Part shown: piece by piece, positions 17,736 through 26,634 of the stretch
Layout of the letters: each line of letters begins with the position of its first letter
Position numbering within the stretch: the stretch's first letter is position 1
Position numbers and translations under genes: made by a program
Notes under the pieces: model-generated
Seen by the model: only the letters and a program-made list of their open reading frames with translations
What the model was told of the DNA's origin: nothing
Database searches by the model: none
DNA from: an uncultured Candidatus Saccharibacteria bacterium
Lineage (GTDB): Bacteria > Patescibacteriota > Minisyncoccia > Phycocordibacterales > UBA5272
Reading direction: 5' to 3'
NCBI GenBank assembly: GCA_964470485.1
Contig: CAYYCT010000002.1
Coordinates: 1-42,783 of the forward strand
Length of the DNA stretch: 42,783 nucleotides

Positions 17736-20342
17736 ATGCCCAAGCCTGAACATATCGAAAAAATTATTGTACGAGGTGCACGAACTCATAATCTTAAGAA
17801 TATTACCGTTGAAATGCCTCGTCATAAGATGATTGTATTTACCGGTCTTTCTGGAAGTGGTAAGAGCTCTCTTGCATTTGATACTATCTTCGCTGAGGGC
17901 CAGCGTCGCTATGTTGAGTCACTCTCTGCATATGCCAGACAATTTTTGACACAATTACAAAAACCAGACGTTGATGAAATCATCGGACTCTCTCCAGCTA
18001 TCTCGATTGACCAGAAGTCGGCGGGACGTAATCCACGCTCAACGGTTGCAACAATCACAGAAATCTATGATTATCTCCGTGTCCTCTATGCTCGTGTTGG
18101 GAAGCCTTATTGTGTTGAGTGTGGTTCTAAAATTCAAAAACTCACCAACGAAGAAATTCTGCACTTCATTTTAGATAAGGTAAAAAGTGTAGATTATAAA
18201 AAAATAAAAACTGAAATGATGGGAGTATCATTTTCTCATGCTGAAATTCATATCATGTCACCACTTATTCGTGGTAGAAAAGGAGAGCACTATCAAATGC
18301 TTTATGATATGTTGGGTAAGGGGTATACCGAGGCTGTTATTGATGGTGAACGCAAGAGTCTTCGTGAGCAAATTATTCTTTCAAAGAATAAAAAGCATGA
18401 AATCTCTGTAGTGGTTGACTCAATTGCGCTCGATGAATTACGCCTCAAAGCATCACAAAAGGACGCCATGACTCGTCTTTCAGAGGCTATTGAGCGAGCC
18501 CTTCATGAGTCGGATGGACTTCTGGAAGTGGAAATACTTGGAGAAAAAACAATTATGAGTAATAAGTTCTCATGCGCAAGTTGTGGTTTTTCGTTCCCAG
18601 AAATTGAACCAAGACTGTTTTCTTTTAATTCCCCATATGGAGCATGTTCAGCATGTAATGGTCTTGGAACAAAGTATTTTGGAGGGCTTGACGTATGTGA
18701 TACATGTGAAGGAAAACGACTTCGATCTGAAGCACTTCACGTATATCTTGATGATGTAGAAAAAATAAATATTGTCGATGTCACAGCACTATCTATCAAA
18801 GATGCGTGTGAGTATTTCTCTCGTATTCCACTTACCAAGAAAGAACAAGAAATTGCTTCAGTTGTTATACGAGAAATTGAATCACGACTAACTTTTATGT
18901 TAAATGTTGGTCTTGATTATTTGGCGCTTAATCGCAAGGCAGATACTCTCTCTGGGGGAGAGGCTCAACGTATACGTCTTGCCTCTCAATTAGGCTCACA
19001 GTTGGTTGGGGCACTCTATGTGCTTGATGAGCCAACAATAGGGCTTCACCAGCGTGACAATGATCGTTTAATAAAAACCCTTACCCACCTTCGTGACATT
19101 GGCAATACGATTATCATTGTTGAACATGATGAGGATACTATTTTTGCATCTGATTACATTGTTGATATTGGTCCAAAAGCTGGGGTTCATGGTGGAGAGG
19201 TGGTTGTTTCTGGATATCTTGAAGAACTTCTTACTGCGGCAAAGAATAAATCTAATAGCCTCACATTAGCATATCTTCGTGGAGAAAAAATGATTCCAAT
19301 ACACGAACGTCGTCAGGTTGAAAAAGGAGCTCTTCGAGTGGTGGGGGGAAATATTTTTAATATCAAAAATTTGAACGCCACCATTCCACTTGGGAGAATG
19401 AATGTGATTACTGGAGTATCTGGATCTGGTAAAAGTTCTTTTATGTATGAAATTTTATATAAAAACCTTCTCGCACGGCTTGAACGTCGTCACAGAACCG
19501 CCAAAATTTATAACTGTGAAAGTTTTTCCGGAACAGAATACATCTCGCGTGTTGTGATGATTGACCAGACAGCAATTGGTCGCACACCAAGATCTAATCC
19601 AGCAACATATACCGGCTGTTGGACCCATATTAGAGACTTGTTTGCAGAATCAGAAGAGGCTCGTGTTAGAGGTTGGAAGGCGTCAAGATTTTCTTTCAAT
19701 GTAAAAGGGGGACGCTGTGAAGCGTGTCAAGGTAACGGTGAAATTGCGGTAGAGATGCATTTTCTTCCAACGGTATATGTACAATGTGATGTATGTCTCG
19801 GCAAACGATTCATGAAGGAAACGCTTGAAGTTACATGGAAAGGCAAAAATATTTATGATATTTTGTGCATGACCGTAGAAGATGCCCTAACTTTCTTCTA
19901 TGATATTCCAGCCGTGTATGATCGTATTAAAACACTACACGATGTCGGTCTTTCCTATCTTGAACTAGGGCAATCAGCCACAACCCTTTCGGGAGGAGAA
20001 GCTCAACGAGTAAAAATTTCTTCTGAGCTGTATCGTCCCCACGTCGAAAAGACGATTTATCTTCTTGATGAACCGTCAATAGGGCTTCATTATGAGGATA
20101 TTGCAAAATTGCTTGAGATATTAAATAAACTTGTCGATAAAGGGAACACAATTGTTCTCATTGAGCATAATTTAGATATTATAAAAAATGCAGACTATAT
20201 CATTGATATTGGGCCAGAAGGAGGTATTGGAGGTGGTAAAATTATTGCATCAGGAACACCAGAACAAGTGGCAAGTAATCCGAAGAGTTATACCGGACAG
20301 TATCTTAAAAAAGTTTTAAAGAAATCAAAAGTAACAGAGTAG
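17736..20342 (+). CDS. uvrA: excinuclease ABC subunit A (short form lacking the insertion domain)
   Basis: Two ABC modules are present (GLSGSGKSS and GVSGSGKSS; LSGGEAQR twice) together with zinc-module cysteines. Length is 868 aa. Confidence 0.95.
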   Translation: MPKPEHIEKIIVRGARTHNLKNITVEMPRHKMIVFTGLSGSGKSSLAFDTIFAEGQRRYVESLSAYARQFLTQLQKPDVDEIIGLSPAISIDQKSAGRNPRSTVATITEIYDYLRVLYARVGKPYCVECGSKIQKLTNEEILHFILDKVKSVDYKKIKTEMMGVSFSHAEIHIMSPLIRGRKGEHYQMLYDMLGKGYTEAVIDGERKSLREQIILSKNKKHEISVVVDSIALDELRLKASQKDAMTRLSEAIERALHESDGLLEVEILGEKTIMSNKFSCASCGFSFPEIEPRLFSFNSPYGACSACNGLGTKYFGGLDVCDTCEGKRLRSEALHVYLDDVEKINIVDVTALSIKDACEYFSRIPLTKKEQEIASVVIREIESRLTFMLNVGLDYLALNRKADTLSGGEAQRIRLASQLGSQLVGALYVLDEPTIGLHQRDNDRLIKTLTHLRDIGNTIIIVEHDEDTIFASDYIVDIGPKAGVHGGEVVVSGYLEELLTAAKNKSNSLTLAYLRGEKMIPIHERRQVEKGALRVVGGNIFNIKNLNATIPLGRMNVITGVSGSGKSSFMYEILYKNLLARLERRHRTAKIYNCESFSGTEYISRVVMIDQTAIGRTPRSNPATYTGCWTHIRDLFAESEEARVRGWKASRFSFNVKGGRCEACQGNGEIAVEMHFLPTVYVQCDVCLGKRFMKETLEVTWKGKNIYDILCMTVEDALTFFYDIPAVYDRIKTLHDVGLSYLELGQSATTLSGGEAQRVKISSELYRPHVEKTIYLLDEPSIGLHYEDIAKLLEILNKLVDKGNTIVLIEHNLDIIKNADYIIDIGPEGGIGGGKIIASGTPEQVASNPKSYTGQYLKKVLKKSKVTE

Positions 20343-20365
20343 ATTTTCTCCAGAGAAGGGTCCTT

Positions 20366-20840
20366 TAAAATTAAAACCGCCAGGCGATAAACGCCTAGCG
20401 GTCTTGTAGTAGTGCAAAACTAACTATCTCTTTTTCGGAGATTCTCCACTACAATGAGCGCCGTCTCCGTAGGCGATCCTCGCCAACCTTCCGGTATAAG
20501 GAGGTCTCGGCGCAACGAAGCAGGAGTGTGTTCTACTTGGGTTACTGGTTTCAGAAAGAGTTATCCTGCACGAAGATGCGTGCGCGCAAGTACCCGCATC
20601 ACTTCTGCAACCAGGGTTTGCAATTTTGTTTTGCGGCATTCTCGGGCCTCCTATTCTTGAGTGACGGGAGGCTCTTGCATCATCGAAGGGTGCCCCCGAT
20701 CCGCTGCCCCGACACCGTAGTTCTCCACCATTGCATGGGGGTCCACATTCGGAGAGGTGTACGCGGGGAATCCCCGCCACGCCAGGAGGCTGACAACCGC
20801 TTCTGCGAAGGGTGTCAAACCGCCACCACCATTCCCTTTG
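20366..20840 (-). ncRNA. unclassified GC-rich structured RNA candidate (~450 nt)
   Basis: Sampled lines are 47-62% GC against roughly 35% in the flanks. The six-frame ORFs here translate to Arg/Pro/Gly/Cys-rich nonsense. There are many strong local hairpins. The strand call rests on the terminator U-tract, and the 5' boundary is approximate. Confidence 0.45.
20377..20401. terminator. bidirectional hairpin terminator; the U-tract is better on the minus strand
   Basis: CCGCCAGGCG-AUAAA-CGCCUAGCGG (9 bp plus one mismatch). The minus-strand reading is followed by UUUUAAUUUU, the plus-strand reading by UCUUGUAG. Confidence 0.65.
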
Positions 20841-20981
20841 TCATTGTTTCTGCTCATTTCTCTTGTCCTCTGTGTGTGTCTTGATAAAGAGCGATTGTGA
20901 TATATGAAGGATCGACGTAGATATCGGCCCAAGCATACCCACAGAATTACCTTCCCAATTAAGCCTTTTTACTGGCTGGAT

Positions 20982-21010
20982 TTGAAATAGGTAAGTTTTT
21001 ATTGTACAAT
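20982..21010 (+). promoter_or_regulatory. candidate uvrC promoter implying a leaderless or near-leaderless mRNA
   Basis: TTGAAA (20982-20987), a 17-nt spacer and TACAAT (21005-21010) are present. The ATG is at 21018 and no Shine-Dalgarno sequence precedes it. Confidence 0.4.
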
Positions 21011-21017
21011 ATAATAG

Positions 21018-22232
21018 ATGAAAAAGCAAGATCTCGTAAATTGTGAACTACCTGACGCCCCTGGGGTGTATTTTTTTCATGATAATGAAGGTACTATTCT
21101 TTACATTGGGAAAGCTACTTCATTAAAAGATAGGGTGAGGAGTTACTTTAATCCTGACCTTATGAAGACACGAGGTTTACGATTAGTCTCCATGGTAACT
21201 CTTGCCAATAAGGTAACATACGAAAAAACTGAGAGTGTGCTTGAGGCACTACTTATTGAAAGCAAACTCATTAAAAAGCATCGCCCGCCGTATAACATTA
21301 AGGAAAAAGATGATAAAAGTTTTACTTGTGTTGTTATTACAAAAGAAGTATTTCCTCGAGTACTTGTGATGCGTATTAGAGAATACGAAAAACGATTTAC
21401 AAAAAAGGAAACACTTGCCGTGTATGGGCCGTTTACTTCTCTTTCTCAGTTACGGTCCGCAATGAAAATTATCAGAAAGATGTTTCCATACAGAGATACT
21501 TGTGAACCAGGTAGTTCAAAACCATGCTTTAATGCACAAATAAAACTCTGTCCCGGTATTTGTGTTGGGGAAATTAGTGCTGTTGAATATAAAAAAACAA
21601 TAACGAATATATGTAAGCTTTTTGATGGTAAAAGATTAGAAATTAAAAAGTCCCTAGAAAAGGACATGAAAGAATATGCTAAGAGACATAAGTTTGAAAA
21701 GGCTGCACGTGTAAGGAATACCATTTTTGCATTTGATCATATAAAAGACATTAGCCTAATACAAGAGGATGAAATTTTGTCCTTTAAAACAAATACATTT
21801 CGCCTCGAGGCTTACGACGTTGCCCATATTTCTGGGACTTCTCGTGTTGGGGTAATGGTAGTTATTGAAGGACATGCAATTGTAAAAAATGAGTATAGAA
21901 AATTTAAATTAGAGGATGGAGTCAACAACGATTACGAAGGTCTTCGGCAAGTTCTCCTTCGACGTTTTTCACATAAAGAATGGAGATATCCAGATCTTAT
22001 TGTTATAGATGGAGGTTTGCCTCATAAACAAGTGGCTGAAAAAATTATGGCAATACTGAACCTCTCTATCCCATGTGTTTCTGTAGTTAAAGATGAGCGC
22101 CATAAACCAAAAGACATTTTAGGAGATAAAGTACATGTGGATTACCATAAAAAGGATATACTTTTAGCCAACCATGAGGCACATAGATTTGCTATCGGTT
22201 ACCATAAGACGTTACGAAATAAGCTCCTCTAG
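21018..22232 (+). CDS. uvrC: excinuclease ABC subunit C, short form (404 aa)
   Basis: Contains GIY-YIG (GVYFFHD ... ILYIGKATSLKDRVRSYF), a UVR domain (KFEKAARVRNTIFAF) and the RNase H-like endonuclease domain (RLEAYDVAHISG). Confidence 0.9.
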   Translation: MKKQDLVNCELPDAPGVYFFHDNEGTILYIGKATSLKDRVRSYFNPDLMKTRGLRLVSMVTLANKVTYEKTESVLEALLIESKLIKKHRPPYNIKEKDDKSFTCVVITKEVFPRVLVMRIREYEKRFTKKETLAVYGPFTSLSQLRSAMKIIRKMFPYRDTCEPGSSKPCFNAQIKLCPGICVGEISAVEYKKTITNICKLFDGKRLEIKKSLEKDMKEYAKRHKFEKAARVRNTIFAFDHIKDISLIQEDEILSFKTNTFRLEAYDVAHISGTSRVGVMVVIEGHAIVKNEYRKFKLEDGVNNDYEGLRQVLLRRFSHKEWRYPDLIVIDGGLPHKQVAEKIMAILNLSIPCVSVVKDERHKPKDILGDKVHVDYHKKDILLANHEAHRFAIGYHKTLRNKLL

Positions 22233-22361
22233 AAACATGAGATAATTGATGTCAAGAGTAACTATTGACACCCAGGTGAGAGACAAAAATAATGGCTTTT
22301 ACATGAGAAATGTGTACACTACTATGTATATTAATAATGATGTAAAAATTAAGCGCGCTGT

Positions 22362-25322
22362 ATGTCTATTCTGCAAATAATTAAGAAACGAAATGGTGAG
22401 ATGGTTCCTTTTGATGTAGATAAGATTGAAAGGGTAATTAAGAAAGCTTTTATAAGTGTAACTCGTGATGAAAAGGCTGAGGTTGCTAAACATATTGCCG
22501 AACTTGTTGCTAAGGAACTCGAGCTTGAAGCACTTACAAGAGATGGATATGTTCCAACCGTTGAGCATACACAAGATTTGGTGGAAAAACATATTATGGG
22601 GGCAGGATTTTTTGACGTTGCTAAGGCTTACATCATTTATCGTTACGAAAGATCAAAGGAAAGAGAGGAAGAGAAACAAGAAACTCTTGAAAAAGTAGAA
22701 GAAGGAGGTCTTTATATTACAAAGAAGAATGGAAAGAGAGAAAAGTTTAACATTGATAAAGTCAGGAAATCAGTTACTCATGTAATTCATGGATATGAAA
22801 AGGAGGTTAATGTTGATCAAATAGTTAACCAAATTAAGCTTGAGGTCTATGAAGGGATGCCGTCTGTAGAAATAACAAAGGCTCTCATTATGACGCTACG
22901 ATCAATGATTGAGCAAGACCCAATATATTCGTATATCGCTTCTAGGATGCTTCTTGCTCAAATAAATGAAGACCTTCTCGGTAAAGAACTTAATTATAAT
23001 GCTATTGAAAATCAATACCGTGAATCTTTTATAGAGGGGATCAAAAAGGGTGTTGAAAGAGATTTACTTGATGCCCGTATGATAAATTTTGATCTTAATC
23101 GACTTTCAAAAGCCCTCGTACGTTCCCGAGATGAACTTTTTATGTATTTGGGGACCCAAACATTATACGAACGATACCTTGTTCGTGATGTCGAAGGAGA
23201 TGGGAAGATTATTGAAAACATTCAAGGTTTTTGGATGCGTATCGCTATGGGAATTGCTCTTGCAGAAAAAGAGCTTGACCGCACAACTCGTGCTATTGAA
23301 TTTTATGAAGTAATGTCCACACTTCGTTTTGTACCTTCATCCCCAACACTTTTTCATTCAGGAACCAAACACCCTCAACTCTCCTCGTGCTACCTCAATA
23401 CCGTCGGGGATTCTCTTGAGTCTATTTTCAAGGTGTACTCTGATAACGCGCAACTTTCTAAGTGGGCTGGAGGAATAGGGACTAATTGGACTTCAGTACG
23501 TGCTTCAGGGGCTCTCGTTAAAAAGTCAGGTATCAAGTCAAACGGCCTCGTTCCTTTCCTCAAGATTGCAAATGACGTTACTGTTGCCATCAACCGATCT
23601 GGTCGTCGTCGGGGTGCCACATGTGTGTATATAGAGAATTGGCACTATGACGTTGAAGAATTTTTGGAATTACGTAAAAATACCGGAGATGATCGTCGTC
23701 GTACCCACGATATGGATACAGCGCTCTGGATTTCCGATCTTTTTATGAAGCGTGCACAAACAGATGGTGATTGGACACTTTTTTCACCGGACGAGGTACC
23801 AGAACTTTCTGAAACATATGGGGATATTTTTGAAAAGCATTATGAGCGCTATGAGAAGATGGCACAAGAAGGGAAAATAAAAGTTTTCAAGAAAATGAAA
23901 GCAACAGAGCTTTGGCGTAAAATGATTACAATGCTCTATGAGACTGGTCACCCGTGGATTACCTTCAAGGATCCTTCTAATGTTCGTTCGCCACAAGATC
24001 ATGTTGGTGTTGTTCATAACTCAAACCTCTGTACTGAAATTACTCTTAACAACTCTCTTGAAGAAACGGCGGTGTGCAATTTAGGCTCTCTAAACTATCA
24101 GCGTCTTATGCGTGGAGGAAAGTTTGATGTTGATCTTGTTGCTTCGACAACGCGAACAGCAGTTAGAATGCTCGATAATGTTATTGATGTAAATTTTTAC
24201 CCAACAGTAGAAGCTGAGCGTAGTAATATGAGACATAGGCCAATCGGTCTTGGAATTATGGGTTTTCATGATGCGTTGTACATGATGAATATTAATTTTG
24301 ATTCTGATGAAGCGGTTGCCTTTGCTGATGAGTCGATGGAGCTTATTTCATACCATACTATTCTTGCGTCATCTGAGCTTGCTCGTGAACGAGGTGCGTA
24401 TTCAAGTTATAAAGGAAGTAAATGGGAAAGAAATATATTCCCAATAGATACAATTGCACTTCTTGAAAAATCTCGAGGTGAGGAGATTCCTATATCTAAA
24501 GTTGGCAAACTTAATTGGGGTCCAGTTCGCACATCAGTAAAGCAGTTCGGGATGCGTAATTCAAATTGTATGGCCATGGCACCGACAGCAACAATTTCTA
24601 ATATTGCTGGATCTATTCCATGTATAGAGCCTATTTATAAAAATATTTACGTTAAGTCAAATATGAATGGGGAATTCATTATTGTAAACCCATATCTAAT
24701 TGCCGATCTGAAAGCTCTTAATCTTTGGGACTTTGAAATGATTGGGCTTCTTAAATACAATGATGGGTCTGTAAAGGATATTCCATCAATTCCTGGTAAT
24801 CTCAAAGATAAGTATAAGGAAGTATTCCAGATCGACCCTTCATGGCTTATCAAATCAGCTGCTGTTCGTGGTAAATGGGTTGACCAGTCTCAGTCACTCA
24901 ATATCTATTTTGCTGGGTCTTCTGGAAGGGAACTTGCTTCTATTTATGAATATGCGTGGTCTCTCGGCCTTAAAACAACGTATTATCTACGCTCTCTTGG
25001 AGCTTCGCAAGTCGAAAAGAGTACTATTAATGCTTCTGAATTTGGTTCTACTCATAAACGTGGTGGGACACCAGGAATTGATGGGGGGATTATTTCTGGA
25101 GTTGCAACAGGAGGGGTTATGTCGTCTACTGTTACAAACGTGACTATGGGGGCAGCTACCGTAGAGTCAGTGGCTTCAATTGTCTCCCAGGTTACTCCTA
25201 TTCCATCGATTGTTCCTAAAACAGCTGAGCTGAGTGAGCAATCTACGCGAGTGGAGGCTATTTCTCCTGTGAAATATAAAATAACAGTAATGCCTGAAGC
25301 AACATGTGATGGGTGTCAGTAG
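22362..25322 (+). CDS. nrdA: class I ribonucleoside-diphosphate reductase alpha subunit
   Basis: There is at least one N-terminal ATP-cone, the active-site loop NSNLCTEI and a C-terminal redox Cys pair (CDGCQ) after a Ser/Thr/Gly/Val-rich linker. It is followed directly by nrdB. Confidence 0.9.
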   Translation: MSILQIIKKRNGEMVPFDVDKIERVIKKAFISVTRDEKAEVAKHIAELVAKELELEALTRDGYVPTVEHTQDLVEKHIMGAGFFDVAKAYIIYRYERSKEREEEKQETLEKVEEGGLYITKKNGKREKFNIDKVRKSVTHVIHGYEKEVNVDQIVNQIKLEVYEGMPSVEITKALIMTLRSMIEQDPIYSYIASRMLLAQINEDLLGKELNYNAIENQYRESFIEGIKKGVERDLLDARMINFDLNRLSKALVRSRDELFMYLGTQTLYERYLVRDVEGDGKIIENIQGFWMRIAMGIALAEKELDRTTRAIEFYEVMSTLRFVPSSPTLFHSGTKHPQLSSCYLNTVGDSLESIFKVYSDNAQLSKWAGGIGTNWTSVRASGALVKKSGIKSNGLVPFLKIANDVTVAINRSGRRRGATCVYIENWHYDVEEFLELRKNTGDDRRRTHDMDTALWISDLFMKRAQTDGDWTLFSPDEVPELSETYGDIFEKHYERYEKMAQEGKIKVFKKMKATELWRKMITMLYETGHPWITFKDPSNVRSPQDHVGVVHNSNLCTEITLNNSLEETAVCNLGSLNYQRLMRGGKFDVDLVASTTRTAVRMLDNVIDVNFYPTVEAERSNMRHRPIGLGIMGFHDALYMMNINFDSDEAVAFADESMELISYHTILASSELARERGAYSSYKGSKWERNIFPIDTIALLEKSRGEEIPISKVGKLNWGPVRTSVKQFGMRNSNCMAMAPTATISNIAGSIPCIEPIYKNIYVKSNMNGEFIIVNPYLIADLKALNLWDFEMIGLLKYNDGSVKDIPSIPGNLKDKYKEVFQIDPSWLIKSAAVRGKWVDQSQSLNIYFAGSSGRELASIYEYAWSLGLKTTYYLRSLGASQVEKSTINASEFGSTHKRGGTPGIDGGIISGVATGGVMSSTVTNVTMGAATVESVASIVSQVTPIPSIVPKTAELSEQSTRVEAISPVKYKITVMPEATCDGCQ

Positions 25323-25451
25323 TCAGGACTGGACTTTGGGCAGCAGATAGTAGATAATTGATGTATAGAGTTTCTAATATCTTTTTAAACAGCAAAATAT
25401 AGTATTAACGCAACGCAAAAAACCGTAAACATTAACAATTAACCTTAGTAT

Positions 25452-26522
25452 ATGACACCACTCGAAACAACACCAAATACGCCACGCCCAATCATAGATC
25501 GTAACGCTGGGCGTGTTGATGTTAATAAGCGCAAAATAATTAATGGGGGGGATGCTGACGTTGTTCAATTGTGGCCAATCAAACATAAGTTTGCTTGGGA
25601 AGCGTATAATGTTGGAAACGCGAACCACTGGCTTCCTACAGAAATTAGCATGCAGTCAGATATTGAGCAGTGGCGATCGCAAAGCGTACTTACCGACGAT
25701 GAACGTCACGCCTTTAAAACAGTACTTGGTTTTTTTACTACCGCTGATTCTATTGCTGCAAATAACATAGTGCTTGCATTTTATAAGCATATAACTTCTC
25801 CTGAGGCGCGTTTATATCTTCTTCGCCAGGCATATGAAGAGGCTGTTCACACACACGCATATCAGTATATGGTTGAGTCACTTGGTCTTGATGGTACGGA
25901 AATATATAATATGTATCGTGAAGTTGATGCTATCTACGACAAGGAAGAATTTATTCTTACCTTTAATACCGGTATTTTTGATGATAATTTTAAAACGGGC
26001 ACATTTGAAAATGATCAAAAGTTTCTCGAAAATATGTGCGTATTTTCACTTATCCTTGAGGGGGTTTTCTTCTATTCATCATTTGCGGTTATTTTTGGTT
26101 TTCAGCGTCAAAACAAACTTGTTGGTTCTGCAGAACAGATTCAATACATTATGCGTGATGAGAGTAATCATATGAATTTTGGTATTGATATGATTAATAC
26201 TATTAAACAAGAACAACCAGAACTATGGACCGAGGAATTCGTCGAGCGTATTGTAAATCTTATGAAAAAAGCAGTACATCTTGAGTACAGCTTCGCAGTT
26301 AATGTTTTTCCCAAAGGGATATTTGGCTTAAATGCTGATGGATTTAAGCAATATATTGAGCACATTGCAGACAGAAGACTTGCTCGGGTTGGAATTAACC
26401 CAATCTACGGGAGTTCTAATCCATTCCCTTGGATGAGTGAGGCGGTAGATTTAAACAAGGAAAAAAACTTTTTTGAAACAAGAGTAACTGAGTATAAAGT
26501 TGGAGGGACATTATCGTGGTAA
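25452..26522 (+). CDS. nrdB: class I ribonucleotide reductase beta subunit
   Basis: The di-metal ligand and radical motif EEAVHTHAY (E-x-x-H-x-x-x-Y, Tyr retained) is present, with a second motif RDESNH. Confidence 0.9.
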   Translation: MTPLETTPNTPRPIIDRNAGRVDVNKRKIINGGDADVVQLWPIKHKFAWEAYNVGNANHWLPTEISMQSDIEQWRSQSVLTDDERHAFKTVLGFFTTADSIAANNIVLAFYKHITSPEARLYLLRQAYEEAVHTHAYQYMVESLGLDGTEIYNMYREVDAIYDKEEFILTFNTGIFDDNFKTGTFENDQKFLENMCVFSLILEGVFFYSSFAVIFGFQRQNKLVGSAEQIQYIMRDESNHMNFGIDMINTIKQEQPELWTEEFVERIVNLMKKAVHLEYSFAVNVFPKGIFGLNADGFKQYIEHIADRRLARVGINPIYGSSNPFPWMSEAVDLNKEKNFFETRVTEYKVGGTLSW

Positions 26523-26634
26523 GGTCTATAGAAAACAAAGGCAAACCATATACATCGGTATAAAAAGTAAAAAAACTATCCATATAAAAAAAAGAGAAGA
26601 AGGTTGGCTAGACATTCATCTCAAGAGTTTTTTT

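Noticed and set aside
20366-20840. Calling the GC-rich island tmRNA (ssrA) or RNase P RNA (rnpB).
   Set aside because: I searched both strands by eye for the tmRNA hallmarks (5' GGGG..GG.UUCGAC, a 7-nt T-loop arm followed by ..CCACCA pairing with the 5' end, a tag ORF ending in hydrophobic-Ala-Ala) and found only fragments on opposite strands. I also searched for the RNase P motifs (GGAAAGUCC, GGUAAGAGC, AGAUGAAUG, ACAGAA..CGGCUUA) and found none of them. I therefore cannot assert either identity. A covariance-model search is still required, because these remain the null hypotheses.
20424-20932. Track ORFs in the uvrA-uvrC spacer (20424-20780 minus, 20454-20660 plus, 20528-20884 plus, 20651-20932 minus).
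   Set aside because: They overlap each other on both strands. Their translations are Arg/Pro/Gly/Cys-rich with no motif and have codon and GC composition unlike every real gene here. They are best explained as chance ORFs in a GC-rich structured RNA region.
1799-20989. Shared 9-mer TTTGAAATA upstream of uvrA and uvrC as evidence for a common SOS-type operator.
   Set aside because: The same string also occurs upstream of the unrelated efflux operon (1799-1807) and contains the -35-like hexamer TTGAAA. The sharing is most simply the local promoter consensus. Only the uvrA site forms a real dyad, and that is reported separately at low interest.
22233-22361. Possible NrdR box or cobalamin riboswitch upstream of nrdA.
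   Set aside because: The spacer is only about 130 nt and AT-rich, which is too short and unstructured for a B12 riboswitch. I found GTGTACAC (an 8-bp palindrome) and ACACTACTATGTATAT near 22312-22331, but not the ACAC-N8-GTGT dyad or the usual pair of boxes.
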